64,000 bases of DNA from an uncultured bacterium (GTDB lineage Bacteria > Patescibacteriota > Minisyncoccia > UBA6257 > 2-01-FULL-56-20), in the NCBI GenBank assembly GCA_963725235.1, contig CAVRXN010000002.1, positions 314,902-378,901 of the forward strand, given 5' to 3'. A program made the position numbers and the translations under genes. Below, piece after piece: positions 10,333 to 18,090 of the stretch (its first letter is position 1; each line of letters opens with the position of its first letter). The notes below the pieces were generated by a model. It searched no databases. It was not told where the DNA came from and worked only from the letters and a program-made list of their open reading frames with translations.

Positions 10333-10360
10333 TTGACATATAAGCAAATGCGAATATACT
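10333..10360 (+). promoter_or_regulatory. sigma70-like promoter for the ArsR-family gene (near-leaderless)
   Basis: TTGACA (10333..10338), 16-nt spacer, TATACT (10355..10360); ATG at 10367; TATAAG/CTTATA inverted repeat overlaps it. Confidence 0.45.
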
Positions 10361-10366
10361 TATAAG

Positions 10367-10663
10367 ATGACTGATTTATGTAATGAAATTAATAAGTTCG
10401 GCAGGGGAATGAGCAACGCGGCACGGTATCGGATTATCGAGGCGTTGTTGAAAGGAAAAAAGACGGTAGGCGAGCTTGTAACAATAGTGAAGTTGTCCCA
10501 GCCGGCGGTGTCGCAACATTTGAAAGTGTTGAAGGCATCTGATCTCGTGGTCGACGAGCGGCGCGGACAGGAAGTGTTTTATGCGGTCAACACGGAGTTC
10601 ATGCTGGACTTGCTGACAAAATTGACGAAGGACGTCAGGAAGCAAAAAGGCGGCAAAAATTAA
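10367..10663 (+). CDS. ArsR/SmtB family transcriptional regulator
   Basis: 98 aa; RYRIIEALLKGKKTVGELVTIVKLSQPAVSQHLKVLKASDLV is a typical ArsR wHTH. Confidence 0.85.
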   Translation: MTDLCNEINKFGRGMSNAARYRIIEALLKGKKTVGELVTIVKLSQPAVSQHLKVLKASDLVVDERRGQEVFYAVNTEFMLDLLTKLTKDVRKQKGGKN

Positions 10664-10702
10664 AAATTAATTAAATTAAGTTAAAAAATTATTAAAAATA
10701 AC

Positions 10703-11320
10703 ATGGACTACACAAAACGTGCGGATGACAATAGCATTGCGGCGACGGTGAAAGCGCTCGGCGAAAAGAATGTAGAAGCGATCGTTGTTGCGACGAAAGA
10801 TGAGGCGCTCACGAAAATAAAAGAACTTATTCCGGCAGGCGCATCAGTGATGAATGGCTCGTCACAGACGCTTGGAGCGGTCGGATTTATCGAATATCTG
10901 AAATCGGGAACGCATGGCTGGAACAATCTCCACGCAGCGATTGTTGCCGAAAAAGATCCAGCGAAGCAGTCGGCGCTCCGCAAGCAGTCGGCCTTATCTG
11001 ACTATTACCTCGGTTCCGTACATGCACTCGCGCAAACAGGAGAGTTCGTCGTCGCGTCCGCATCCGGCAGCCAGTTGGCGCATATCGTTTTCACGTCGCC
11101 GAATTTAATCTTTGTCGTCGGCACGCAAAAGATTGTGCCAACGCTCGATGAAGCTCGGGCGCGCGTCGCGCAATATGTTTTTCCGCTCGAAGACGCACGC
11201 ATGAAATCGACCGGGGCACCAGGCAGCGTATTTTCCAAAGAATTTATTTTCCATACCGAACCGGCTGCAATGGGCCGCAAGCTCCGGATGATCATCGTAA
11301 AAGAGCCGCTCGGATTCTAA
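10703..11320 (+). CDS. LUD (lactate utilisation C-like, DUF162) domain protein
   Basis: 205 aa; YLGSVHALAQTGEFVVASASGSQL and VVGTQKIVPTLDEA resemble LUD-domain proteins. Confidence 0.65.
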   Translation: MDYTKRADDNSIAATVKALGEKNVEAIVVATKDEALTKIKELIPAGASVMNGSSQTLGAVGFIEYLKSGTHGWNNLHAAIVAEKDPAKQSALRKQSALSDYYLGSVHALAQTGEFVVASASGSQLAHIVFTSPNLIFVVGTQKIVPTLDEARARVAQYVFPLEDARMKSTGAPGSVFSKEFIFHTEPAAMGRKLRMIIVKEPLGF

Positions 11321-11340
11321 CATACTAAGATAGAGGAACC

Positions 11341-12087
11341 ATGAATAAAAATATTCTCATCGGCGAAACACCCGCATATCACACCTATCCCGACGGCACC
11401 GGTGGCGATACCGTCGCCCAAAAACATCCCGGCCTGATCGTCATCGAAGAAATCTGGGGCGTGGCGGACCATATTAAATCGGTCGCCGACCGATTTGCGG
11501 CGGAAGGATACAGCGTGTTGTCGCCAGAACTGTTACCGAAAGGCCTGCTCGAAATACTGACGCCCCAAATACAAAAAGATTTGTTCGATCCGGAGAAGCG
11601 TGATGCGGTTCAGCCGAAACTGCGCGAAGCGATGCAGCCGATCCACCAGCCAGAGTATGCCCGCAACGCGATCGCGACATTGAAAGCGTGCGTCGACTAC
11701 TTAGCCGCGGACGAAAATGTCGACGCCACGCACGGCATCGCCGTCGTTGGCTTTTGCTTTGGCGGAACATACGCGTTTCATCTCGCAGCGAACGACTCGC
11801 GCATCCGCGCCGCAGTCCCGTTCTACGGTCAAGCACCGACGCCGGAAGAAATTCCGAACATCAACTGCCCCGTGCTCGCGTTCTACGGCGATCAGGATGC
11901 ACATTTAATGGAAACATTGCCGGCGCTGCGCGAAAACATGGCGCGCGACGGCAAATCGTTCGAAGCCGTCGTCTATCCCGGCGCCGGTCATGCGTTTTTT
12001 AATGACACGAACGCGCGGATGTATCGCGCCGAGGCGGCGGGGGATGCGTGGAAAAAGACGCTCGCGTTTTTGGAAAAAAGTATATAA
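11341..12087 (+). CDS. dienelactone hydrolase family protein
   Basis: 248 aa alpha/beta hydrolase; nucleophile elbow region GIAVVGFCFGG; C-terminal GAGHAF. Confidence 0.8.
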   Translation: MNKNILIGETPAYHTYPDGTGGDTVAQKHPGLIVIEEIWGVADHIKSVADRFAAEGYSVLSPELLPKGLLEILTPQIQKDLFDPEKRDAVQPKLREAMQPIHQPEYARNAIATLKACVDYLAADENVDATHGIAVVGFCFGGTYAFHLAANDSRIRAAVPFYGQAPTPEEIPNINCPVLAFYGDQDAHLMETLPALRENMARDGKSFEAVVYPGAGHAFFNDTNARMYRAEAAGDAWKKTLAFLEKSI

Positions 12088-12104
12088 ACAATCCTAAACC
12101 TTAG

Positions 12105-12190
12105 CGGAGGGGGTGGGATTCGAACCCACGGGTCCCTTTCGGGACGTCGCATTTCAAGTGCGATGGAATGAACCGCTATCCGACCCCTCC
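12105..12190 (-). tRNA. tRNA-Ser (TGA)
   Basis: Manual fold: acceptor GGAGGGG/CCCCTCC, anticodon arm TCGCA-CTTGAAA-TGCGA, long variable hairpin GTCCC-GAAA-GGGAC, T arm GTGGG-TTCGAAT-CCCAC. Confidence 0.85.
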
Positions 12191-12482
12191 TTGCTCTGCA
12201 GATTATCATGAAACGAAGCGACTGGAAAGTCCAGTGCGCGGCGCTCATCCACACAATAAGAAACCCCCTCGCAGGGAGGGGGACAAAGACACAGCCGCCT
12301 TGTCTTTTTAGAACCGCCTACATCGGTACGACTTTAGCGGAGAAGCTCTGACGTCGGAGCTTTCTTTTTTGGAGTTGTGTAACCACATTTTCATCTGCAA
12401 CCCAGGCGATTCTTTTGGCCTCGGCTGCACATATTACTACGCCCGTGAGCGGGAAATATTACAAGACGGCAGGAGGAAAAAG

Positions 12483-12555
12483 TGGACCGTACCGGATTCG
12501 AACCGGTTGCCTCCTCATTGCAAATGAGGCGCTCTACCAATTGAGCTAACGGCCC
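12483..12555 (-). tRNA. tRNA-Cys (GCA)
   Basis: Manual fold: GGGCCGT..ACGGTCC acceptor, anticodon arm CCTCA-TTTGCAA-TGAGG, T arm ACCGG-TTCGAAT-CCGGT. Confidence 0.9.
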
Positions 12556-12683
12556 GAGTGAGGAGTAAATAAACATATTGCTTCATATGTTTATTTATTA
12601 CGAGCGATGGGCTGTGTGGCCGCTTCGGCCACTGCGGCCCATTGGACTGAATGCACTATTGTTTATAACCTATTCGCACCAGA

Positions 12684-12712
12684 TTGACAAACGATATTTT
12701 TTCGAATACAAT
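12684..12712 (+). promoter_or_regulatory. sigma70-like promoter upstream of rpmE
   Basis: TTGACA (12684..12689), 17-nt spacer, TACAAT (12707..12712), 18 nt before the rpmE ATG. Confidence 0.6.
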
Positions 12713-12730
12713 GGAACATATTAAAACATC

Positions 12731-12976
12731 ATGAAAAAAACCATCCACCCGACATATTTCCCGCAGGCGAAGGTCGTCTGCTCGTGCGGCAACTCGTTCA
12801 CGGTCGGCGCCACAAAGCCGGAACTGAAAGTTGAAATCTGCGCGAAGTGCCATCCGTTCTACACCGGCGAAGAGAAATTGATCGATACGGCGGGCCGCGT
12901 CGAGAAGTTCAAGAGCCGCCGCGCGAAAGCAGTTACCGAACCGAAAGTGAAGAAAGTGCGCGTGAAGAAGAATTAG
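12731..12976 (+). CDS. rpmE: 50S ribosomal protein L31
   Basis: 81 aa; [46 protein letters not shown] is classic L31. Confidence 0.9.
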   Translation: MKKTIHPTYFPQAKVVCSCGNSFTVGATKPELKVEICAKCHPFYTGEEKLIDTAGRVEKFKSRRAKAVTEPKVKKVRVKKN

Positions 12977-12982
12977 GCGAAT

Positions 12983-13015
12983 GCCGCCGGTTGAACCCGG
13001 CGGTGTTTTGTTTTA
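12983..13015 (+). terminator. rho-independent terminator after rpmE
   Basis: Stem GCCGCCGG/CCGGCGG followed by TGTTTTGTTTT. Confidence 0.6.
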
Positions 13016-13049
13016 TTATGGTGTTACGTTTGCCGACCCGCAGCGCTTC

Positions 13050-13121
13050 GCGTCTTTAGCTCAGTGGTAGAGCGTTCCGTTCACATCGGAAAGGTCGGAG
13101 GTCCGATCCCTCCAAGACGCA
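13050..13121 (+). tRNA. tRNA-Val (CAC)
   Basis: Manual fold: acceptor GCGTCTT/AAGACGC, D arm GCTC-AGTGGTA-GAGC, anticodon arm TTCCG-TTCACAT-CGGAA, T arm GGAGG-TCCGATC-CCTCC. Confidence 0.85.
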
Positions 13122-13124
13122 CAG

Positions 13125-13583
13125 TTACTTCTGTAGCAGCCACTCCGAAATATATCCTGCATATCGCTCGCGAACTTCCTGTGGCATATTTTCATATCTG
13201 CCTATAAAATTTCGGCACGAAGCTGTTCCACATTTACATGCCATCTGCCAGCCGTACTGATTATTCTCAGTCATTTCATAATCCCAGGTAAGTTCTTCGC
13301 CTGTAGCAATATCACGCATCGCAACGATTTCAAATAAATTTTTTATGCCACAATTCGGTTCGCAGGAATGATTGAGGACGCGTGCAAGGCCGGCCGAGTC
13401 GCGCCATTTTTCTTGCTCGAATTGGATTGCGTGATTAAGATTTCGTTGATCCCAAACGGAATCGGCGTCGTAAAACGGTCCATCGAACGCAGCGATAAGT
13501 TCACCTTTGCCAATCATCTCTTTCGCGAAAACTCCTTGGCCGCGACCTCTGGTTTCTTTAATCAAAACTTTCCGGCTATCCAT
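13125..13583 (-). CDS. SET domain protein (putative lysine methyltransferase) with post-SET Cys cluster
   Basis: 152 aa; GRGQGVFA, NHSCEPNC, ELTWDY and C-terminal CKCGTASCR motifs. Confidence 0.85.
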   Translation of the reverse strand: MDSRKVLIKETRGRGQGVFAKEMIGKGELIAAFDGPFYDADSVWDQRNLNHAIQFEQEKWRDSAGLARVLNHSCEPNCGIKNLFEIVAMRDIATGEELTWDYEMTENNQYGWQMACKCGTASCRNFIGRYENMPQEVRERYAGYISEWLLQK

Positions 13584-13591
13584 AGGAATCT

Positions 13592-14410
13592 TTATCCCTT
13601 TCTTTCCCCGATAATAAATTCATTCCGAATACCGTAGATCGTAAGATGCATCTTCGGGAATGAAAGCTGACGCCCGGACCTGGAGATCAAATTTTTTATT
13701 TCGCCAAGTGAGGGAATAGTGGCATTCGTAAGCCGCAAAGGAGTTTTAATCTCCGAGCCGAATATATGTGGATAAACCCTAGGGTCATCCAATTTAATAG
13801 ATGCAGGATATGCGTCAAGCGGTTTTAATTGATCACCATATTTCCCAGGAAGCTTGCGATACCATTCTTTAAATTCGCGTTTTAACAACTTTTCCCAGGC
13901 CGTACACCAAGCTTCATAGCATAAAGCTTCTTCATGCATCGTCCCGGTGCAAATCCTGCTTCCGCAATTGCAAACATGCTTACTGCATACGATATCTTTT
14001 TCATCCGCTTCTCCAAGCCCATAGTTTGCAGTGATCTCTTCTCCTTTAAATACTTTACGCATAGTGACGTAAAGTATATGTCCGCGATATGGGTATGCGT
14101 CAGAATTATTGGCGCAGGAATGATTGATCCAATGGATGCCTTCTTTCTTGGGATTGGCTAAAATATCATAACGAAGACCGCCACGCATGTCATACAATCC
14201 ATTTTTATTTTCATCGCTGCTGTCTGGTTTTATGATTTTCCCAATGTAATCTCCAACGACAACTCCGGGTTCGATGTCGCGAGTCGCAAAGATTCCACGA
14301 CCGGTTTTTTTCGATGTCCGCACCACATAATCCGATTTTGGTAAGGTAAGCATGCATATAGTATACCGATATGGTATATTTTTTCTATAGCATGCAGGGT
14401 CGTATCGCAA
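13592..14410 (-). CDS. SET domain protein with C-terminal extension
   Basis: 272 aa; TGRGIFATRDIEPG, INHSCANN, EEITANY, CNCGSRIC; a start at Met20 (14353) is more likely because it avoids 5' overlap with the divergent gene. Confidence 0.75.
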   Translation of the reverse strand: MRYDPACYRKNIPYRYTICMLTLPKSDYVVRTSKKTGRGIFATRDIEPGVVVGDYIGKIIKPDSSDENKNGLYDMRGGLRYDILANPKKEGIHWINHSCANNSDAYPYRGHILYVTMRKVFKGEEITANYGLGEADEKDIVCSKHVCNCGSRICTGTMHEEALCYEAWCTAWEKLLKREFKEWYRKLPGKYGDQLKPLDAYPASIKLDDPRVYPHIFGSEIKTPLRLTNATIPSLGEIKNLISRSGRQLSFPKMHLTIYGIRNEFIIGERKG

Positions 14411-14832
14411 AGAAATTAATAAGAGATCTTGAAGAAAATGTCTATTGCCGACTTCGTCCGTCGAAAGTGCATGGTATAGGCGTCTTTGCTATTCGTGATA
14501 TACCCAAGGGGCAAGAGTTATTTAAGAATTTTTTAAGCTACAATTTGACCGCGTTGCCACTCGAAGAACTTAAGAAAAATCCTAAAATTGATGAATCGGT
14601 CCTGCAGTTGGCATGGGACGTATACCCGGTTTTTAAAGGAAAGTTATATGCGTATCGAGCCGGTCTGAATGCGATTGATATTTCATTTTTCCTTAATCAT
14701 TCGGAAAAACCAAATGTTACTACCGACGAAGAAAGCGACGCATTTTTTGCAGCAAGAAGGATCAAAAAAGGCGAAGAATTGTTTTCTGATCACCGTACAT
14801 ATTCCGACGTAGCGGATTATTATAAAAAATAA
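14371..14832 (+). CDS. SET domain protein
   Basis: 153 aa; VHGIGVFAIRDIPKGQEL, FLNHSEKPN, IKKGEELFSDH; alternative start ATG 14392. Confidence 0.7.
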   Translation: MVYFFYSMQGRIAKKLIRDLEENVYCRLRPSKVHGIGVFAIRDIPKGQELFKNFLSYNLTALPLEELKKNPKIDESVLQLAWDVYPVFKGKLYAYRAGLNAIDISFFLNHSEKPNVTTDEESDAFFAARRIKKGEELFSDHRTYSDVADYYKK

Positions 14833-15740
14833 TGAAGGTCTTTGAAGATACTATCAGCGAGCGAGCAAGGATTAAAAAAATCATTGATGCCTATGGCTAT
14901 TCACCGGAACATAATCTAGAGTGGTATGAATATTGTCGCGATGAAGGGGACGCCAATATCTTCTTTGAATCGGAATCCGGCGAAGGGGGAGTGCTTACGA
15001 TGAAAAATAAAAATGGAAAGGACCACTACGTCTTCTGTGGTCCACTCGCACCGCCCGAACGGCGACTAACTGTTTTGCAAGAATATATCCAAGATGTATT
15101 CCAAAAATTACAACCAAAGAAAATTTGGCTGGAGTTGGAACCATCGCTGCGTCGTGAGTTATTAAAAAATCTTCCGGAAGGTTATAAGGCGAATCGGATC
15201 AATTATACGCTGACATGGCCGGTTATGGATTTAGACCAGTTTGATCCCGAGCTACCCGGCGGTGGTTCGAAAGCGATGCGCAAAGAAAAGCATAAATTCT
15301 ATCGCAATCATTTGGTCGAGGTTCAGGACGCAAAAGCGTTTGAAGACAAGCAGGCATTGCATCAGATGATCGATACGTGGATCAAGAAGCGTCCGACGAA
15401 CGACCATGTCTGGCATGCTCGATATCGCAATATGATCACGGGAAACTTTGCCGGCATGGATGAAGCGCGAGTTTTGGTTGTTGACGGCAAGCCGGTAGGC
15501 ATCAATGCTGGCTGGAAGATGCCGAATAGTGATTGTTATTACGGCGGCATCGGCATCCACGATTATTCCATTGAAGATATCGGACTAGTTCTCTATTGGG
15601 AAGATTTGATTTGGCTCAAAACACAGGGCTACAAGCAAGCTGACATGGGCGGGACGTTCGGCTCTTCATTATATTTCAAAAATAAATTTCATCCGACGTC
15701 GTGGTATAAGACATTTGTATTTTCTATCGAGAAAAAGTGA
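14832..15740 (+). CDS. DUF2156-like (lysyl-phosphatidylglycerol synthase C-terminal / GNAT-fold-like) protein
   Basis: 302 aa; overall pattern (..MRKEKHKFYRNH.., ..VLVVDGKPVGINAGW.., ..ADMGGTFGSSLYFKNKFHP) recalls the DUF2156 family; motif-level call only. Confidence 0.5.
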   Translation: MKVFEDTISERARIKKIIDAYGYSPEHNLEWYEYCRDEGDANIFFESESGEGGVLTMKNKNGKDHYVFCGPLAPPERRLTVLQEYIQDVFQKLQPKKIWLELEPSLRRELLKNLPEGYKANRINYTLTWPVMDLDQFDPELPGGGSKAMRKEKHKFYRNHLVEVQDAKAFEDKQALHQMIDTWIKKRPTNDHVWHARYRNMITGNFAGMDEARVLVVDGKPVGINAGWKMPNSDCYYGGIGIHDYSIEDIGLVLYWEDLIWLKTQGYKQADMGGTFGSSLYFKNKFHPTSWYKTFVFSIEKK

Positions 15741-15764
15741 TACAATGTAATTATATGAAAGAGC

Positions 15765-17276
15765 ATGGCTAAGGAACCGAAAACAAAATTAGCGAACGCG
15801 GATCTGGCTGAAGCGGTTGTCGAAACCGATGCAGTTGCGGCGGCTCCGTCGACGACCACACCGTTAGTTACAACATCACGAACGAACGAAGTTCTTACGC
15901 TAGATGAAAAGCCGGAAGAGAAAGAAATCGTCGCGAAAGAACCGAAAGAGCCCAAGGATTCCCCAGCGGAAACCACCTTCTCCAAAAAATTCTTATTCGT
16001 GACCGAAGAAGCGCTTTCGATCGATCTCGCTTGGAAGATGAAGCAAGAGGGGAACGAGGTCAAGTTGTATATTGGCAACGAGGATGACTACGATATCGGC
16101 GAAGGATTCGTCGAGAAATGTGAGGATTGGAAAGCGTGCATCGATTGGGCGGACGTCATCGTTTTCGACGATGTTATTTCGGGCGTCGGCGGCTTCGGGA
16201 AAACGGCTGATGAGCTGCGAGCAAAGGGCAAGCTCGTCGTCGGCGGCAGCGAATACACCGACCGGCTCGAAACGGATCGCGAGTTCGGGCAACAGGAAAT
16301 GAAAGAGGTCGGCATGTCGGTCTTGCCACACTGGGACTTCGACAATTTCGGCGAAGCGATCGAATTTCTGAAAGCGCATCCGGACCGCTACGTTTTCAAG
16401 CCGAGCGAAGGCGATCTCGACTGGCACATGAAAAATTTGTTATTTATCGCGCACGAAGAAGACGGCAAGGATCTCCTCGAAGTGCTCGAACATAATCGCA
16501 AGACCTGGTCGCGCAAAATCAAGCGCTTTCAGCTGCAGAAAGTCGCGAGTGGCGTCGAAGTCGCTGTCGGTGCGTTTTTCAACGGCAATGAGTTCATCAC
16601 GCCGATCAACGTCAACTTCGAACACAAAAAATTATTCCCGGGCGACATCGGGCCGCCAACCGGCGAAATGGGAACGCTGATGTTTTGGGAAGAGCCGAAT
16701 GGATTCTTCGGCGCGACGCTCGGCCGAGATGACCGAAAAACTCCGCGCGAGCAAATACGTCGGCTATATCGACATCAACTGCATCGCGAACGGTAAAGGC
16801 ATCTATCCGTTGGAATTCACCGCCGCGTTTCGGTTATCCGACGATCTCGATTCACATGGAAGGCATCAAGAGCCCGATGGGTGAATTTTTATATTCGATC
16901 GCGCGCGGCGAAAGTATCCGCTCCGTACGCAAAAGGGATTTCCAGATCGGCGTCGTCGTCGCGACGCCACCATTCCCATACAGCGACGAAAAAATGTTCC
17001 AGGTCTATAAAGACGCATCGATCTTGTTTAAGCCGTGAGAATTTCGACGGCATCCATCTCGGCGACGTGAAACTCGTCGAGAATGACTGGAAGCTCGCCG
17101 GCAAAAGCGGCTACGTCCTCGTCGTCACCGGTTCCGCCGGCACCGTCGAAGGTGCGCGTCGGCAAGCCTATCGCCGCGTTGAAAACATCATGTTGCAAAA
17201 CATGTTCTATCGCACCGACATCGGCGCCAAGTGGTTCGAAGAAAGCGATGAATTGCACACGTGGGGAGTGCTGTAG
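15765..17276 (+). CDS. ATP-grasp enzyme, PurD (phosphoribosylamine-glycine ligase)-like, frame-disrupted (three +1 shifts)
   Basis: Fragments 15765..16796, 16699..16884, 16856..17038 and 16881..17276 read continuously across frames 0>1>2>0 (..EHKKLFPGDIGPPTGEMG.. / ..YVGYIDINCIANGKGIYPLEFTA / GYPTISIHMEGIKSP.. / ENFDGIHLGDVKL..). Confidence 0.7.
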
Positions 17277-17318
17277 GACAAAGTTGACATATAGCTTAAA
17301 GCGATATAATATCTATAT

Positions 17319-17597
17319 ATGACCAGCCAAATTATTTTCAAAATTGAGAAGAAACTGAAAGATAAGGCGATGAAAAAGGCACAGAACGAAGGCATCGCTT
17401 TTGCTGCTGTTTTGAAGCTTGCTACCCAGGCCTATATCAAGGGCGATTTGGAAGTTGAACTGGTTTCTAGGCCGAAGCTAAATGAAAAAACTCGGCGGAA
17501 ACTTATTAAAATTTCAAAGGATATTAAAGCAGGTAAAAATCTTTCGCCCGGATTTAGCCGGGCAAGCGATGCCATCGCTTACTTGAAAGCATTATGA
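17319..17597 (+). CDS. type II antitoxin (RelB/DinJ/ParD-like)
   Basis: 92 aa; overlaps the downstream RelE-like toxin gene by 4 nt (ATGA), as is typical of TA operons. Confidence 0.6.
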   Translation: MTSQIIFKIEKKLKDKAMKKAQNEGIAFAAVLKLATQAYIKGDLEVELVSRPKLNEKTRRKLIKISKDIKAGKNLSPGFSRASDAIAYLKAL

Positions 17598-17851
17598 TTA
17601 TAGATTTTCATAAGAACTTTCAAAAAACCTTTAAACGATTGCCCATAAAAATTCAAAATAAATTCTACCTCCGCCTGGCAATTTTCGAACAAAATCCGTT
17701 TCATCCGGTGTTAAATAATCATGCAGTCGATGCCGCTTATCCGGGGCATCGGAGTATTAATGTAACCGGGGATTATCGAGCATTGTACGAAGCATACGGC
17801 GATAGCGCCGTAATTTTTATGGAAATTGGAACTCACGCTGAGTTGTACTAA
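17594..17851 (+). CDS. type II toxin, RelE/ParE superfamily (YafQ/RelE-like)
   Basis: 85 aa; pattern ..LNNHAVDAAYPGHRSINVTGDYRALYE....IFMEIGTHAELY matches the RelE/StbE family consensus. Confidence 0.75.
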   Translation: MIIDFHKNFQKTFKRLPIKIQNKFYLRLAIFEQNPFHPVLNNHAVDAAYPGHRSINVTGDYRALYEAYGDSAVIFMEIGTHAELY

Positions 17852-17880
17852 TGTGCAATATCGTTATCTGTAATAAAAAA

Positions 17881-17970
17881 TACCTCACCAAGAGCAACCC
17901 GCTTCAACTATCCAATTAAGGAAGTGCGAACTTCGCACGTTTCATTAAGTAGATTGCTCTTGAGGAAGTA
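17881..17970 (+). other. structured non-coding element upstream of the Tas-like gene
   Basis: Outer imperfect stem TACCTCACCAAGAGCAA / TTGCTCTTGAGGAAGTA (14 of 17 positions) encloses ATCCAAT (17910..17916, same motif as the array units) and hairpin GTGCGAA-C-TTCGCAC (17924..17938). Confidence 0.3.
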
Positions 17971-18010
17971 TTAATTTAATTATAGATCTATAGGTTTCAA
18001 TGTCAAATTG

Positions 18011-18039
18011 TTGACTTACCACATCATATCTGATATTCT
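18011..18039 (+). promoter_or_regulatory. sigma70-like promoter for the Tas gene plus array
   Basis: TTGACT (18011..18016), 17-nt spacer, TATTCT (18034..18039); this makes the track start 18040 unlikely and favours ATG 18091, preceded by AGGAG. Confidence 0.5.
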
Positions 18040-18090
18040 ATGTCCAGCAGTTTTTACAACTGCAAATTTAAAAATTCAGGAGAAACCCAA

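Noticed and set aside
12224-12232. GGAAAGTCC, the RNase P RNA CR-I-like 9-mer
   Set aside because: A 9-mer is expected by chance about once in a window this size on two strands. The only complementary P4-like partner (GACTTT at about 12325) is about 100 nt away, and no CR-IV or CR-V-like ACAGAANCCGGCUUA is present. About 290 nt between two tRNAs did not fold into a plausible P RNA by eye.
12391-12576. 61-aa minus-strand ORF
   Set aside because: It fully contains tRNA-Cys (12483..12555), so it is a spurious translation of a tRNA gene.
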